Assembly: GCF_009914755.1 (NCBI RefSeq)
Contig: NC_060925.1
Reading direction: 5' to 3' (one strand)
Length of the DNA stretch: 64,000 nucleotides
Origin: the human T2T-CHM13v2.0 reference genome, Homo sapiens
Within the stretch, counting starts at the first letter, position 1. Each line of letters begins with the position of its first letter. Shown here one piece after another: positions 14,604 through 28,480 of this stretch. The translations under genes were made by a program, and so were the position numbers. The notes under the pieces are model-generated. The model was not told the DNA's origin and did no database searches. It saw only the letters and a program-made list of their open reading frames with translations.

Positions 14604-15698
14604 CTTTAAAAAGAAAAAAAAATAATTTATTTCCAGAGCAAAGTTCCACAAATCTAAACTACAAAACGTCATCTGAAGCACATTTCAAGTAGAAGCATTG
14701 GTTACACAATTTTTGCCTACTATACATTCATTTATATCTTCACTGCTGCAATTATATACAATTTAAAAAGCCTTCAGAAAATCCTTAGTCATTTTAATTC
14801 ATTAAGGATTTCAAAGGCTCTCACAGTTATGGTCAATTTAAGTACTTCATTTTTCAGTTTTCTCAATCTTAATATGTGCTCCAGACTTCCCTTGAGCCAA
14901 CTTTATAAGGTAAGTTTTTCTTGCCTTATAGTTTTACTATCATATATTTTTTAACATATCCAGTAACTCTTAGGCATATAAAGATCATCATTTAACCTAT
15001 ACATTTTTAAAATTATGATATAATTTACCTATGATAAAATGTACAGACCTTTAATGAGTTTTTGTGCTTTTTAGAAAAACTGAATTAGTTGTCAATGATG
15101 AAAAATTGAAGGATCATTACACATATTCTAGATTTTGCCTACTCCTGAAAAATCAAAATCTTTTACACTCAGGGCCACATTCCTCCTTGGCCACAGTAGC
15201 TAGAACAGAGCAGTGCTGCTCTCTTAGATAGATGAGTTTCTTCTCAGTGCTCATTCATTTTCTCCCAGCCTACTCCACTCATTTACATCATCCTAGGTCA
15301 GAGCGATGCAGTTTTATTACACCTTAAATAAGATGACTATACAATTTATCATTCAAACCAAAATACTTTTGCTAGTGGAAAGGGGGATGCTACTCACAGT
15401 CATGCTAGCACAACAATCACATTCTAGGATCTTCATCCCAAGTAAATCAGAAAGTATAATCACCCTACCTTTAAAACCCCGAAGTAATCCTCAAAAGTCT
15501 GACAAGACAACCATTTTAAGTACAGTACTCTTATATAATCTTCCTTTCTGTAAACTTACACAGCATTGGTGTTTAATAAGAGTTAATATCTATTAAGCAC
15601 TTACTATGTGCTAGGCACTATTAAAAACAAAAGGATATTATTTCATTCAATGTGATACTGAATACTGTGATGGGTCATACTCATTTAGTATGACCCAT

Positions 15699-15978
15699 GT
15701 ATGTATATACACATATTTCTGTATGCAGTCATCTATATTATTTATATAAGTATATATTTTTATACATATGTATATATTTTATACACATTTCTGTATGACT
15801 ACATATAGAAATATTTGTGTATATACTTAAATATATATACATACATATGTACATATATACATACAAATGTATGTGCACATATGTATATATGTATATATAA
15901 ATATATTCATGAAAATGTACACATATGCATGTCTATATAAATACCCATATGTAAAAATATACATACACATATATATAT
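15699..15978. repeat. (TA)/(TATG)/(CATA)n low-complexity microsatellite
   Basis: Direct reading. Confidence 0.9.
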
Positions 15979-15989
15979 TTCTTTGCTTT

Positions 15990-17100
15990 GTTAGCTGAGA
16001 GGGCCTAAAAGAAATGACACTCAGCAGCAACAAGCACACCTAGTATCTAGATCTTGGTTTCTAATACTATTCTCCAATGAAAGTAATCAGGTCTCCTTAG
16101 AGAAATAGTTGATTCCTGGACTGGGGCAGAAATCTTCAAGATAAGTAACAAGCATCTTGTAATGCCAGAAAGGAAGGAAGAACTTTAAAAAAAAAAAAAA
16201 ACTAAAACAAACAACAAAAAACACCCCCCAGTGAGGAGGGCATGTCAAAGGTGCACAGGAACCAACTGAAAGTTTCCAATGGCCAAAGCTGGAACAATGT
16301 GAGCAACAAATAAAGTAGTATTGGATTATAGCCTAAAGTATATAACAAATGTCCATGAGTCCATACTGACATAAATGATTGAATACATTAGTAAACAGGG
16401 GAAAAGAAACAAATCTCTTGTGTAAAAGAACTGTAAAAAATGTGTGCAAATACTTTGCTCTCAAGAAGGTGAAACATAACTCTCTTACATATGACCTATG
16501 CAGGCTAACTTCTTCCAAAGAGTGTAGTATGGAAAGGAGGACAAAAAGAATAACTTGACAGTGGAGAAACTTGACAAACACTACTGAAGACAGGTGACCA
16601 AGGTCAACATCAACATTGACAAATCACATTCAAGGTAAATATCCTTGCTATAAAGTGATGAAAACAACACTTTACATCTGTAATCTTCCTCCCAATATCC
16701 CATAACCCCGGTCTAATGAGGAGAAAAACGTCAGGCAAATTCTAATCAAGCGCCATCCTGCAGAATACCTAATCAGTATTCCTTAAAATAAAAATGAGGA
16801 AAGTTTGAGAAGCTTACAGCCAAGGAAGACCTAAGGAGAAAAAACTAAATGTAATACGATAGGATCCTGGAAAATAATAAAGAATATTAGAGGAAATCTA
16901 TGGAAATCTGAATATAGACACTAGTTAATAATAATGCATCATTTTATTACTGGTTATCAAACACTGGCTCACTAACTCTAAGAGATATAAGATGTTAATA
17001 CAGTGTATAGGACTATATGGGAACTTTGTATTATTATCTCAATTTTTCTGTAAATCTAAAACTGTTCTAAAAAATAAAAGTCTATTTTTAAAATGAAATA
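15990..17100 (+). mobile_element. L1MC-type 3' UTR
   Basis: ctagatcttggtttctaatactattctccaat...ttttctgtaaatctaaaactgttctaaaaaataaaag. Confidence 0.7.
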
Positions 17101-17111
17101 CAAGTAGGTAA

Positions 17112-17456
<345 letters not shown>

Positions 17457-17758
17457 TATTTTATCTTTTTTATAACTGGTAATGTTAGTTTGGTAGGTTT
17501 ACTTAGTTGAGGCAATACAGTATAGTGTTGAAAAGCATAGTCTCTGAAACCAGACTGCCTGACTTTGAATTCTAACTTCATGGCTGAGAAACCTTGGGTG
17601 AGTTACTTAGCCCCTCTGTGCCTCAGTTTCCTCATCTATAAAAAAAAAGATAAGGTAGCTAGTTCACAGGGTTGTTCGGTTAAGTGAATTAAAACACATA
17701 ACGCACTTAGAACAATGGCTGGAACACAGTAGGCCCTTCATAAATGTTTGCAGCTATT

Positions 17759-17888
17759 TTTAGTTGGTGCAAAAGTAATTAATTGCGGATTTGGCCACTA
17801 AAAAAAACTATATATACATACATACATATATTTACATATATATGTATGTATATAGCCAAAACCTCAATTACTTTTGCACCAACATAAT
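17759..17888. mobile_element. MADE1 (Hsmar1 mariner MITE) with internal microsatellite
   Basis: TIRs gttggtgcaaaagtaatt ... aattacttttgcaccaac. Confidence 0.85.
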
Positions 17889-18012
17889 ACTTTATGCACT
17901 AGTAGAATAGGTTAATGATATAGGTTAGCTCTGAAATTAAATCTAGTAGATATGAAATAAAGGAAACTTCTGGGAAAATAATATAATTTGAATAGGTGTA
18001 AAAAAATTATAA

Positions 18013-18334
<322 letters not shown>

Positions 18335-20519
18335 TGATGTGCTATTTTTTCCCCAGTTTTGTACAGCCAGATCTCTTATTTGGCACATACATAACTAAAT
18401 AAAGTTGGTATATGCTAGTACTTCTGCTGACTTAACCAAAACCAAGGTGGAGTGATTATCATCACAGAGAGTTACACTGCCCTCTTTTTGAAACCTAATA
18501 AATGTTAGTCTTAGAAAAGAAAGTTATTTCTATCCCCTATTCTAATGTTTTACAATAAAATCTTCAGGTATTAATATACTTAGGAAACATTAAATCTCAG
18601 GCCAAAAGAGCTTGATTTTCAGAATGCCAACGACAACCATCAACATTCAAAATTAGTGTTGGGCAAAAACTACAAAATACTAATGGCCTAAATGCCTACA
18701 CAAACCAAAGTAATACTGTGGTCTTCTCAGAGTCAAGGAAATTAAACATGCAGAAATCCATATATTTCTAAAATTATTAAATGCTTTTCAATTTTCTCAG
18801 TTTTAATTTCTAATAGATAGAACTCACATAAAAAACTCTTTGGGGTCCTCAGTAATTTTTTTTAACAGTGTAAAAAGGTCCTGGGAGTCCCTGCTATAGT
18901 TTTTCTTAAGAATCACTATATCCAATCTGTCCCTGGATTTCAAGAAAAATAAAAGAAAAAAAATCACTGCAACTGCAAAACACTCCAATAACTGGTGGCA
19001 GCACAAATGGTCTACGAACTTGCAATTCCTTTTTTTCCTACAAGGTAGCCCTAATAAACAGATCTTGAAGTTGTCCCCAACTAACATACTAAAAAAATAG
19101 CATCAGAATTATTTTCGTAAGAAGTTTCAGAAGCTCCTTAAGTTACACTATGAAGAATTCCAATTCCTGAAATTAAATACACTGCTGAAGCCCACAAATC
19201 AACAGAAATGAACATGATGACTAAATAAAGAAAAAGGTAATCACAAAGGTTCATAAACTTTTCTATATATTTGGGCAGAAGGGTAAACTTCTAGGTCATG
19301 AGCATGTCCTAATAATATTTCAGTTGGAACTTCATAAATTAGCAAGCCCTCAACTAGCTGCATCATAAATGGTTTAAAGAAAATTCCATTTTTACCAAAA
19401 CTGAAGAAAGTTAAGTGGCTGCTTGATGCAGTAAAAAACAATAGATTTAGACAGAGAAACCTGGGTTCCAACCCTTGATCAACTACTTCCTTGAAATGAA
19501 CACACATACAAAACTCTTAGTTTCTCTGATCTCAGATTCATCCTCAGTAAAAACACAATTGATAATACCTGTTTTACCTACCTTTTAAGGTTGTTGTGAA
19601 TATCAAATAAGTAGAAATAAAGCTACTTTATAGTCTTAATATACATAAATGGCAATTATTACTAGTAATTCTGTAAGCCATTCAAACTACCTTTGAAAAC
19701 AGATTTGCCTCACAATCATGTTCAATAACAAATACATTTATAGCTAGATCCCACAATATTTTGACTAAGGAAGAAAAGACATTACATTTAAGTTTCAATT
19801 TCATTTGCTGTGTAGAATCTAAATTGGTGAATTATCTGAAAATGAAGCAGTCATTCAGGATATGTTTTATTAAAAATTTCTATATCTCTCAAGTTACAGT
19901 ACTTAATTTAGTCATATAACTAAATACAAGATAATTTTTAAATACCATAGTGGCCATATTGTAAATGTAATGAAATTTAATTTATACTAAAAAGTTATTA
20001 CAGATGTGAATATAATAAAATTCAACCAAAGTCTTAATACTAGTCACCTAGAATAGTAAAACTCCTGTATCCCAATGTTTGCTTGTTTCTCTACTCACTC
20101 TGTAATACAGTAATCTGAATTTTAATTTATTGTTTCACCGATCTAAGCCATTTATTTTCTGCTTCATTCCACTTATCAAGTGAAGACAGATTAGCCAGCT
20201 CCACTTTTTGTTCTCATGCATTAACAAAATACCACAGTGTTTATATTGCCAACACTTCATGGAAATGTCTAAGTAAATAAATGAAAAAAACATGATGTTT
20301 TCTTTCATTAAAAAAAAACCTGACAATAATTTGAAAATCAATCTTGTTAACTCAGCTTAACCTCTTTAGGGAAAGCAATGAAAATAAGGAGAAAAAATGT
20401 TTCAGAACTTATCACTAGGAAAGTCCCAATTTTTGTCGTAATGGCTTTTGAAGTTACAGGATAAAAGTGAAGCCTGAGAAACAGCAATTTACTTTATTCA
20501 GCTACCAGGGATTATGAAA

Positions 20520-20760
20520 ATAATAACAACTGACATTTGAAAATGCTTATTCTAAGAGCTTTACATATATAAACTCATTTAATCATCACAAAAACCCCAT
20601 TATCTCCTTTTAATAGACACAGAAACAAGCATAAAGGAAGAAGATAAATAACTTGCCCAGGGCTACAAACAACTAGCAAGTGGCAGAATGAGGATTCCAC
20701 CTCAGGTATCCTGGGTCTAGAACTTGTGCTCCTAATCACTATGATATATTGCCACATGGT
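20520..20760 (-). mobile_element. MIR
   Basis: ctcatttaatcatcacaa...aacttgcccagg...tagcaagtggcaga. Confidence 0.7.
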
Positions 20761-23700
20761 TGAAGAAATTAAGCTTAATGACAAGTACTCTGCGAACTGC
20801 AATTTAACAGGCTTTAATTTCCAATGAATATGCTAGTTACTACTATAAACATTGTTAAATGATATAAACCATTCTAGGCAAACGCAGAAGAGGAATCTAA
20901 TACACCGAGAACTGGTACAGGTGTAATAAATGAGCTACTTGTATTTCATACTTCGTTTCTCAAAGATTCATTTCATAACTTCTAGTCACTAAACAATAAT
21001 CTATTAACATTCACATTAACTTCTAAGTGATATTCATTAGGAATAACTTCTAAAAAGATTTATTTCTAGGATAAGACAGAGCAGTACACATCTGAGGCTA
21101 GCAGCTTAATGTTTCTAATATTTCGCAAAATTTCTGGCACACTGTAAAGTTAAGTAGGAGGCATCAATGGTAAAAGTAACAATGCAATTTGTCTGAAAAA
21201 GAAATTTACACATCCTCCTGTACATTCTCCCTGGGAAAAGAACTGAGTTAATCCACAAGACAGGATTTCAATGAAGACTTTGCAAATTTATGCAGAACCT
21301 CTCATAACAGAATATATTATTTAATGGTATTAAACTTTTCATTAATGAAAAGTTCAATAAAAACTTTTTATTCAACCTAACTGTTCAATAAAATTTGTTT
21401 TAGAAAGTTAACATACTACTTCCGACTATAGTCCTGTAAAAACAATTCATCAGAAGCTATCACTTATGAGGTCAGCATTATTTTCTTTATAAATAGTATA
21501 AAGGTGATACACTCTTAAATTAGAAAGCATCTTTTAAAAATAAGAGAACTTGACTAGTTCATCTGAAATTGGCCATACATTTTTATCTTCCTTTCCAGCC
21601 TATTTAAAAACCAAACCAAAAAAAGAAAAGAAAAAGAAAAATAAGGCACCATAGTCACAAACCAAAAAATCCATTTAAAGTAGTACTATATAATAAAAAA
21701 GCTATAAGAAATTATTAGACTATTGATTTTCCCTCAAATATATTTTAAAATGGCAGTTAATATTTCCAAGCACTGAGTAGCAGAACAATTAGATATTTTA
21801 CACTATTCTTTCTAGCCCAATTAAAAGGCCTTTACATTTTCCACATTCCCAGATTTTAGCTTCCTTGAGTGATATTCCACATGAAAATGGGGAGGTATGT
21901 CACAATGGCAGACTTTAAAAATTATTACATAAACTTGAAAAGCACTTATGAATCTGTTATTTAGAATTTAGAACACGTTATTCCACAGGGAGGAAACCAT
22001 AAACCTGAATTGGTACTTACACTGCACATATATTAATCTACAGTGTTATAATTAAACACAACATGCATATGCATAACTGAGTGCCTTCAGCATTTTCATA
22101 TAAGATAGAACATTTACCTTGTAATTACTCCTAATGTACCTTAATGACACTGGATAAAAAAACTAAAACTTCAAATTCCACATCTGCTACTTGTATAAGA
22201 CTACAAGGTAACCTCCTCCTGGAGGTTAAGTAGTGGAAAGAGAATTACCAAACTCTGTCACTTAACTTACCCCAGCAAGAATAGAATATTTTCAGCCCTC
22301 TAATCTTCCACATTAAGCTCTCTATTTTAATTTGTAAATTAGAAAATTAGAGATAAACCGTATATGTATCTTAACCCTGTTGGGAGTACAGAGCTCTTTG
22401 GCAGACATTTATATTTTTTCTAATCAGTTCCTCAATGACGATTACAATATGAGCTTCATATTCTCACTTGGGAAATTTTCATTAATTTGTTTTCATATAA
22501 TTTGAAAACAAATACTTAGCTGTCTTCTTAGGAATAAACTGCCAACATTCAGAACAATGTATAATCTCCAACTCTAATCAAATTTTGAATCACAGATTCG
22601 TAAAACTGATAGCATCTGGTACAAGTGCCTCATTCTTAACAAAAAATTAAATGAATTAAGCCATATTCCAAAGCTAGTCAGTAGAACTAGGCCTAGAACC
22701 TAGATTCTGATTCTCTTTTCAGAGCTTTTGCTGCCATCCTTTACTACCAATTTAACCAAACCATATAACCTGGCCATTATTTATCAGCAATAAGACATTG
22801 ATGAAATCAAAAGTTATACATACATCTCATCTGTGAAACGGAGCTAAAGGTACCTGCCTTTGAGGGGCCTGGGTGATTAAACTTGTTTGTATGACAAAGT
22901 ACTCTGTAAAATGAAAAGCGCCATATACAATTATACATCATTTCTAACTACTTGGGGAAAGTAAAATGTGGCCATAAACCAATCACAAAGCTGTTTATCT
23001 AAGACTAGCCTCAACCTATGATTAAACAACTGCGGCAAAAGTCAAGTGACTGCACATTAGTGCTTCAGTTAGTAATAAAGGTATTAACAGATAAAAGTTA
23101 TTACAGAAAAAATGTATTCTGACTAAACCAAAAGATGATTTAATTGTATATCTACATTCTTTATTCTTAAGAGCTGCCTTTTTAGCTTAACAAACGTGAA
23201 TTAAAAGGTAATAAACAATGCCAAAAATATGGCATCTTCCTCTTAAGGAGACAATACACAAAATATTGGGAGGGCTACTGAGAAATTACTGACAAGGCTC
23301 TTCCACTCTAAAAGAAAAACAGTGAATGAAATGGCTCTTTGCTGTCTGGCCACACTTTAACGTTGTGGTGATAACTCAGAAAAGAAGTCCAGGGATATTT
23401 CTCAATACCCAGAGACAAAAAGCAGGGCTCATGACTATAGGGATACATGTAATAATACCATCTTAAATAGTTAGAGCATTTTAAACATTTTACCTTTCCT
23501 AAAGATTACATCTCATGAGATCTTTGTAATACTTTTATTAAGTAAATAAGGAATAGTCTGATACTCTAAGCTGAAAATCATCAAAATTAAAAACAAGCAC
23601 AATATTATGTAGCATTTTCCTTATCTTTTATAATGAGGTCCATTTATGTTTATAAAACAAAAAGGTTCCATCAACTCAAATTAACTAGTTTATTTCTAGA

Positions 23701-25618
23701 TTTTGATAACGATATTTCAAAGACAAAAAATCAACCCAAAGGTAAATAATGAACATCCTCTGGCCACTGCATACTACTGAGTTGGTTATCAAAAAAACAG
23801 TTTATCTATTTTGTAATTAATTTGCTGGCCATAAATTGCAAACTTTTTGATAATGTCCTTATGAATTTTTAAAATTAAATTTCAGTGTATGTATTTCCAT
23901 ACATATCCCTTTACCTCAGGGGGTAGTCTCTTTCTGTATCTTATTTTTTTCTTTTCTCACTTAGGGTCAACTTTCAGTTGACCTTCAGTATTCTCTGAAG
24001 TGTCTGCTCACAATTTAAAACTCTTATAAAAATTTTTTTTGGAGATAAGTAGTCCAGCTTGTTTTAAATTACTATCATTTTAAATCTGTGACACAAGGAT
24101 AATTATGTAAAATGAAGATTTTTAAGAGATATAAATCTTTTAAGGAAAATAACTAAAAACAAATAGAAATCTTAACTAAAAATCTTATTTATACTAATAA
24201 AAATGCATTTAAATTGAGGCATTAAATAAAATCAGGTTTTACACCTTAAATCAAGGTAAATGACTTGTCAACTAATACATCACTTTAAATTTCACCTTAA
24301 AAATCAATCCAGTTAATGAACTGCATATCAAGAAGTATACATTTTATTGTTTATAAATTTAAAAAATTAACCTAGTTAAGAACAAATTGTTATTACAAAG
24401 CTATGTTTCTTTAAATAAATGGCAAATTTATCATTTTGGTAAATTTACTACCATTATAATACTTAATGTAGTTAGGATATCTTTCCACAATAACTTTAGG
24501 TAACTTTACTGCCATTTAATCATCCACAATCAGACTTCAAAATCAAGCTATTAAAATGAATGGGAATATGAACAACTTTTCTAATATGTATACATTCTCA
24601 AAAGAATCACTTATGTGATTGTTGTTTTAAGGAAAACTCAAATACTAAAACTTTGAGGCTTCAATTCCAGTCATTTTGGGCATTTCAACCTGAAAATAAC
24701 AGATTAGAAATTAACTCTTAAATTTAGTACAAGCACAAGATACAATTTTGGTTTTTCAAAATGTCCATCAGAAAATAAGTATTTAACTTATATATATACA
24801 TAGAAATATTTATTGAAATCTTACAAATTTCTATAAAGCCCCAAGAGGTCTCATATAAATAACACTGAGAATCTTCATTTTTATATCTAGACATACCATT
24901 ATGAATATGGAAATGAAACTGCCATTTATCATAGAAGAATAGGAGCTGTTTTTGTAACTATTTATTATCCTTGCCATCAAATTTAGACCTAAGAGGCACT
25001 AAACATTGAAAGACAGGTACTAAGAACAAGTCAGAGATATACAATCTTTTACTTTAGAGGAACAGAGTCTCATGCTCCATTATTCATTTCTAACTAGACA
25101 GAATTCTGTGATTAGCCCTTAATTCAAGATGTTACAGATCAGCAAAACAGAATTAAGTCTGATTTTTGTTAAAAAAAAAAAATGCAGTCATTTTAGATAC
25201 CAAAACTTCATCTAAAATGTGGAAAGGTGAATTTAGGTAACAGTGTCAACAATGTAAATTATAAACATTAGTCAGCTTATTTAAGACCAATCAATGCACT
25301 GTGTTACCATTAACAGAAAGGTTAAAATTCCAATGATGTCAAATTTTCCTACGTCAAATGGACCCAACCACAGGAATCAAAGATATTTTTCTTTTTTGTA
25401 TTCTTATTCCCTCACACTGAAGTTTCTATTAGGTATTACACTATTATCTGATTATAAAATAGTTTACACTGTAACCATCAAAGATTTGGGGAAAAAAGCA
25501 CTAAAATAACTAAAGCAGAATACCCTGTTCCTACCACTGTGTACAAACTTATCTGCTAGGCCAGCATTTAAAATTTTACAAACTATCCAGCAAGAATGCT
25601 AATAGAAAAGTGACAAAC

Positions 25619-25823
25619 CTGAAAATATGGCTTCTTTCAAATATAGTAACATGTGGGAGAACTTCCTGATATCATTCACCAACTCCTTGATGTAATCCGG
25701 ATCAAAAATAGAGTTGGAACTTAAGGACTTGAGCCCCATTTCAGAAGTTGTAATATCAGTAGAGAGTTGACCTGATGCCCAAGCACGTTTTTTCTTTGTC
25801 TTTTTCTGTTTGTGAGCAATCAT
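25619..25823 (-). CDS. ARHGAP29: ARHGAP29 coding exon 2 (first coding exon, 205 nt CDS; full exon 25619-25855 includes 32 nt of 5'UTR)
   Basis: Translation MIAHKQKKTKKKRAWASGQLSTDITTSEMGLKSLSSNSIFDPDYIKELVNDIRKFSHMLLYLKEAIFS matches my recollection of the human ARHGAP29/PARG1 N-terminus. Acceptor ttcttgcccccttaag|G at 25856/25855; donor TCAG|gtttgt at 25619/25618. Confidence 0.96.
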
Positions 25824-27103
25824 CCTTTCATGTAACAGTCAGAAAAACTGAAATCCTTAAGGGGGCAAGAAACAAAACAAAAACAAGCGAGGAGAGAGAA
25901 AGAAACACAAAAACTAAATCAGCCAGGGAAATATTACACTAGATTTTCACAAACAGCCCACAGCTCACCTTGGTATCCTATTTTTAAATTTTTAAAAATC
26001 AAAAATCAATAATCAATCACTGTATTATTGATAATAGCAGTTTCCATTTATTAAATACCAGTAATTCCGACAACTCTGACATGCAAACTACTGTTCTTTA
26101 CATTTCACAAATGAGGAACCTGAGGTTTAGAGGTTAAAAATTTGCCTTAAGCTCTCAACTGATAATGAACTAGGACTTAAACCTGTATCTGCCTTGATGC
26201 CAAAATCCATGCTCTTAATAACTTCCTCTTGATTCCTAGGGTATAGAATTTTATTTAATTGTAAAAGTTGTTCTGAAACATCACTTAGTAGAAGGTCATA
26301 TTCTCCTTCCATGACATCACCTTCAAAAATAAAGATGAGATATGGGCTTTGAAAAAAGAAATACCTGTTCTTAAAATCCTCCTCTGTCACTTATTGTATG
26401 ATCTATTCATCTCTTTACTTCAGTATGCTCATTTATAAAATGGGAGTAACATCCTGACAACACCTATCTCATGAGATTATTGTAGGGATTACATGACGCG
26501 ATGATACAGAAGTGTCGAGAACATAGAAGTTCAATTACAGTTAGTTTTTCCTAATAATGCATATACATACATATACACAGACACACACACACAACACATC
26601 CTGGATTACCAAGTCTCATCAAGGATATTTCTTTGTTGAAAATAAGTTACAAGGGTGCCCACTAATCTGACATACTCTGACTGGTTAAATAAACACGTGT
26701 GATCATCAGAGCAATATTTTTGATAATCTCAGGATGGTAGTAAAAAGGTAATCTTTTGGTATGAGAAGAATTTAGATTTGAATCCTGGCTCTAGTATTTT
26801 CTAGATATGTGACCAGTACAATTTATTTACAGGCTTGTGTGAGGATGAAAAGGGATCACAAAATTAGAAGACTTCATATGTTAAAACACCTAATACTGGC
26901 ACATAGCTGGAACTCAAGAAAATCATAGTTATTTTCTTCTTCACCCTCATTTTACCTTTCCAGAGTTAAAAGTTCTAATCTTGTTTGTATCTCTGGAAAT
27001 CAAAAAGGAAATAACCGGAGGAATTAAATTAACTCACACTTTATTATTAACACTTTTTTTCAAGTATTTTGTCTTGAATATTTGGCTACTTTAAAAATGG
27101 TAG

Positions 27104-27468
<365 letters not shown>

Positions 27469-27519
27469 ACTAGAAAGTTTTATGTAATATCCGTTTCTAG
27501 TCATATGTAAGATACATTA

Positions 27520-28480
27520 TTGTATCATTTACTCCTTCCTATATCTCACCCAACTCCATAGTTCATTTTTCTTTCTGATCTACAGGGTTCTCTAATCAAC
27601 CCACTTCTCTCTACTGCTACCACACTAGCAGTAGAGTGAATTACCATCATTTCTTTTCTGAGCTACTATACTACTTTCCTAATGATCTATCTGCATCCAT
27701 TCTTGTCTCATCACAAATGTAGTGAGTGAACATTTCAAACATAAATCTCATAATGTCATTTCTCTACTGAAAACCCTTCCAAAGGATAAGTGAGAAGCTA
27801 TCATGCTCTACAAGGCTCAACATGAGATCTGGCTCCTACCTACCTGTGCAATGTCATATGGAGACACACCTGCTGGCTCTCAACACTCCTGCCACACACA
27901 CCTCCTTCTCATTCTTCCAACAGTATTTGTTTACGATGACTCTCACCAGGAAATAATTTTACATAATAATACATGTTAAGTGTATTATGTTTGTGTGTGG
28001 CATGCTTCTGGGTAAGGCTCCATGGGATGTATGTGAGTTTTTAAAAATTCCATCCCATTTCATTTTTAAAAATGCTGGGTGCAACTCACCAACTTGGTTT
28101 CATACACATAATAGGTCATGACCCTACAGTTTGAAAAACACCAACTGTTCAGCTCAGGGTCCTGTCTATATGTAATTCTATTTGCCTGGAATATTCCTTC
28201 TCCTTTGTTTACTCACTCTGATCTCAGCTCAAAGCTTACCTCCTCAAAGAAACGTTCCTGGACCATCCCCATCCCCCAGCAAAACCACTACCATCAAACC
28301 AGAGTAGAATCTCCTGTGAGATGTTCCATAGTATCCTCTACTTTTCATCACTGCTCATACCACAGTTCAAATAGATCATGTCTTCCTAGCTAGAGTATAA
28401 TCTCATGGAAATCAAGACCATGTATGTCTATTTGCTAACCATGTGTTCTCTGATCATAGCACAATGCTTGGCGTATGAGG
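27520..28480 (-). mobile_element. L2 fragments interrupted by a hAT-type MITE (~27925-28145)
   Basis: tttgcctggaatattccttc, ctcagctcaaa..acctcctca are L2-like; cagtttgaaaaaca is a MER-type end. Confidence 0.55.

Noticed and set aside
23965-23983. ggtcaact-ttc-agttgacc hairpin / possible estrogen response element
   Set aside because: Half-site spacing is 9, not the 3 of an ERE; an 8-bp stem is at chance level.
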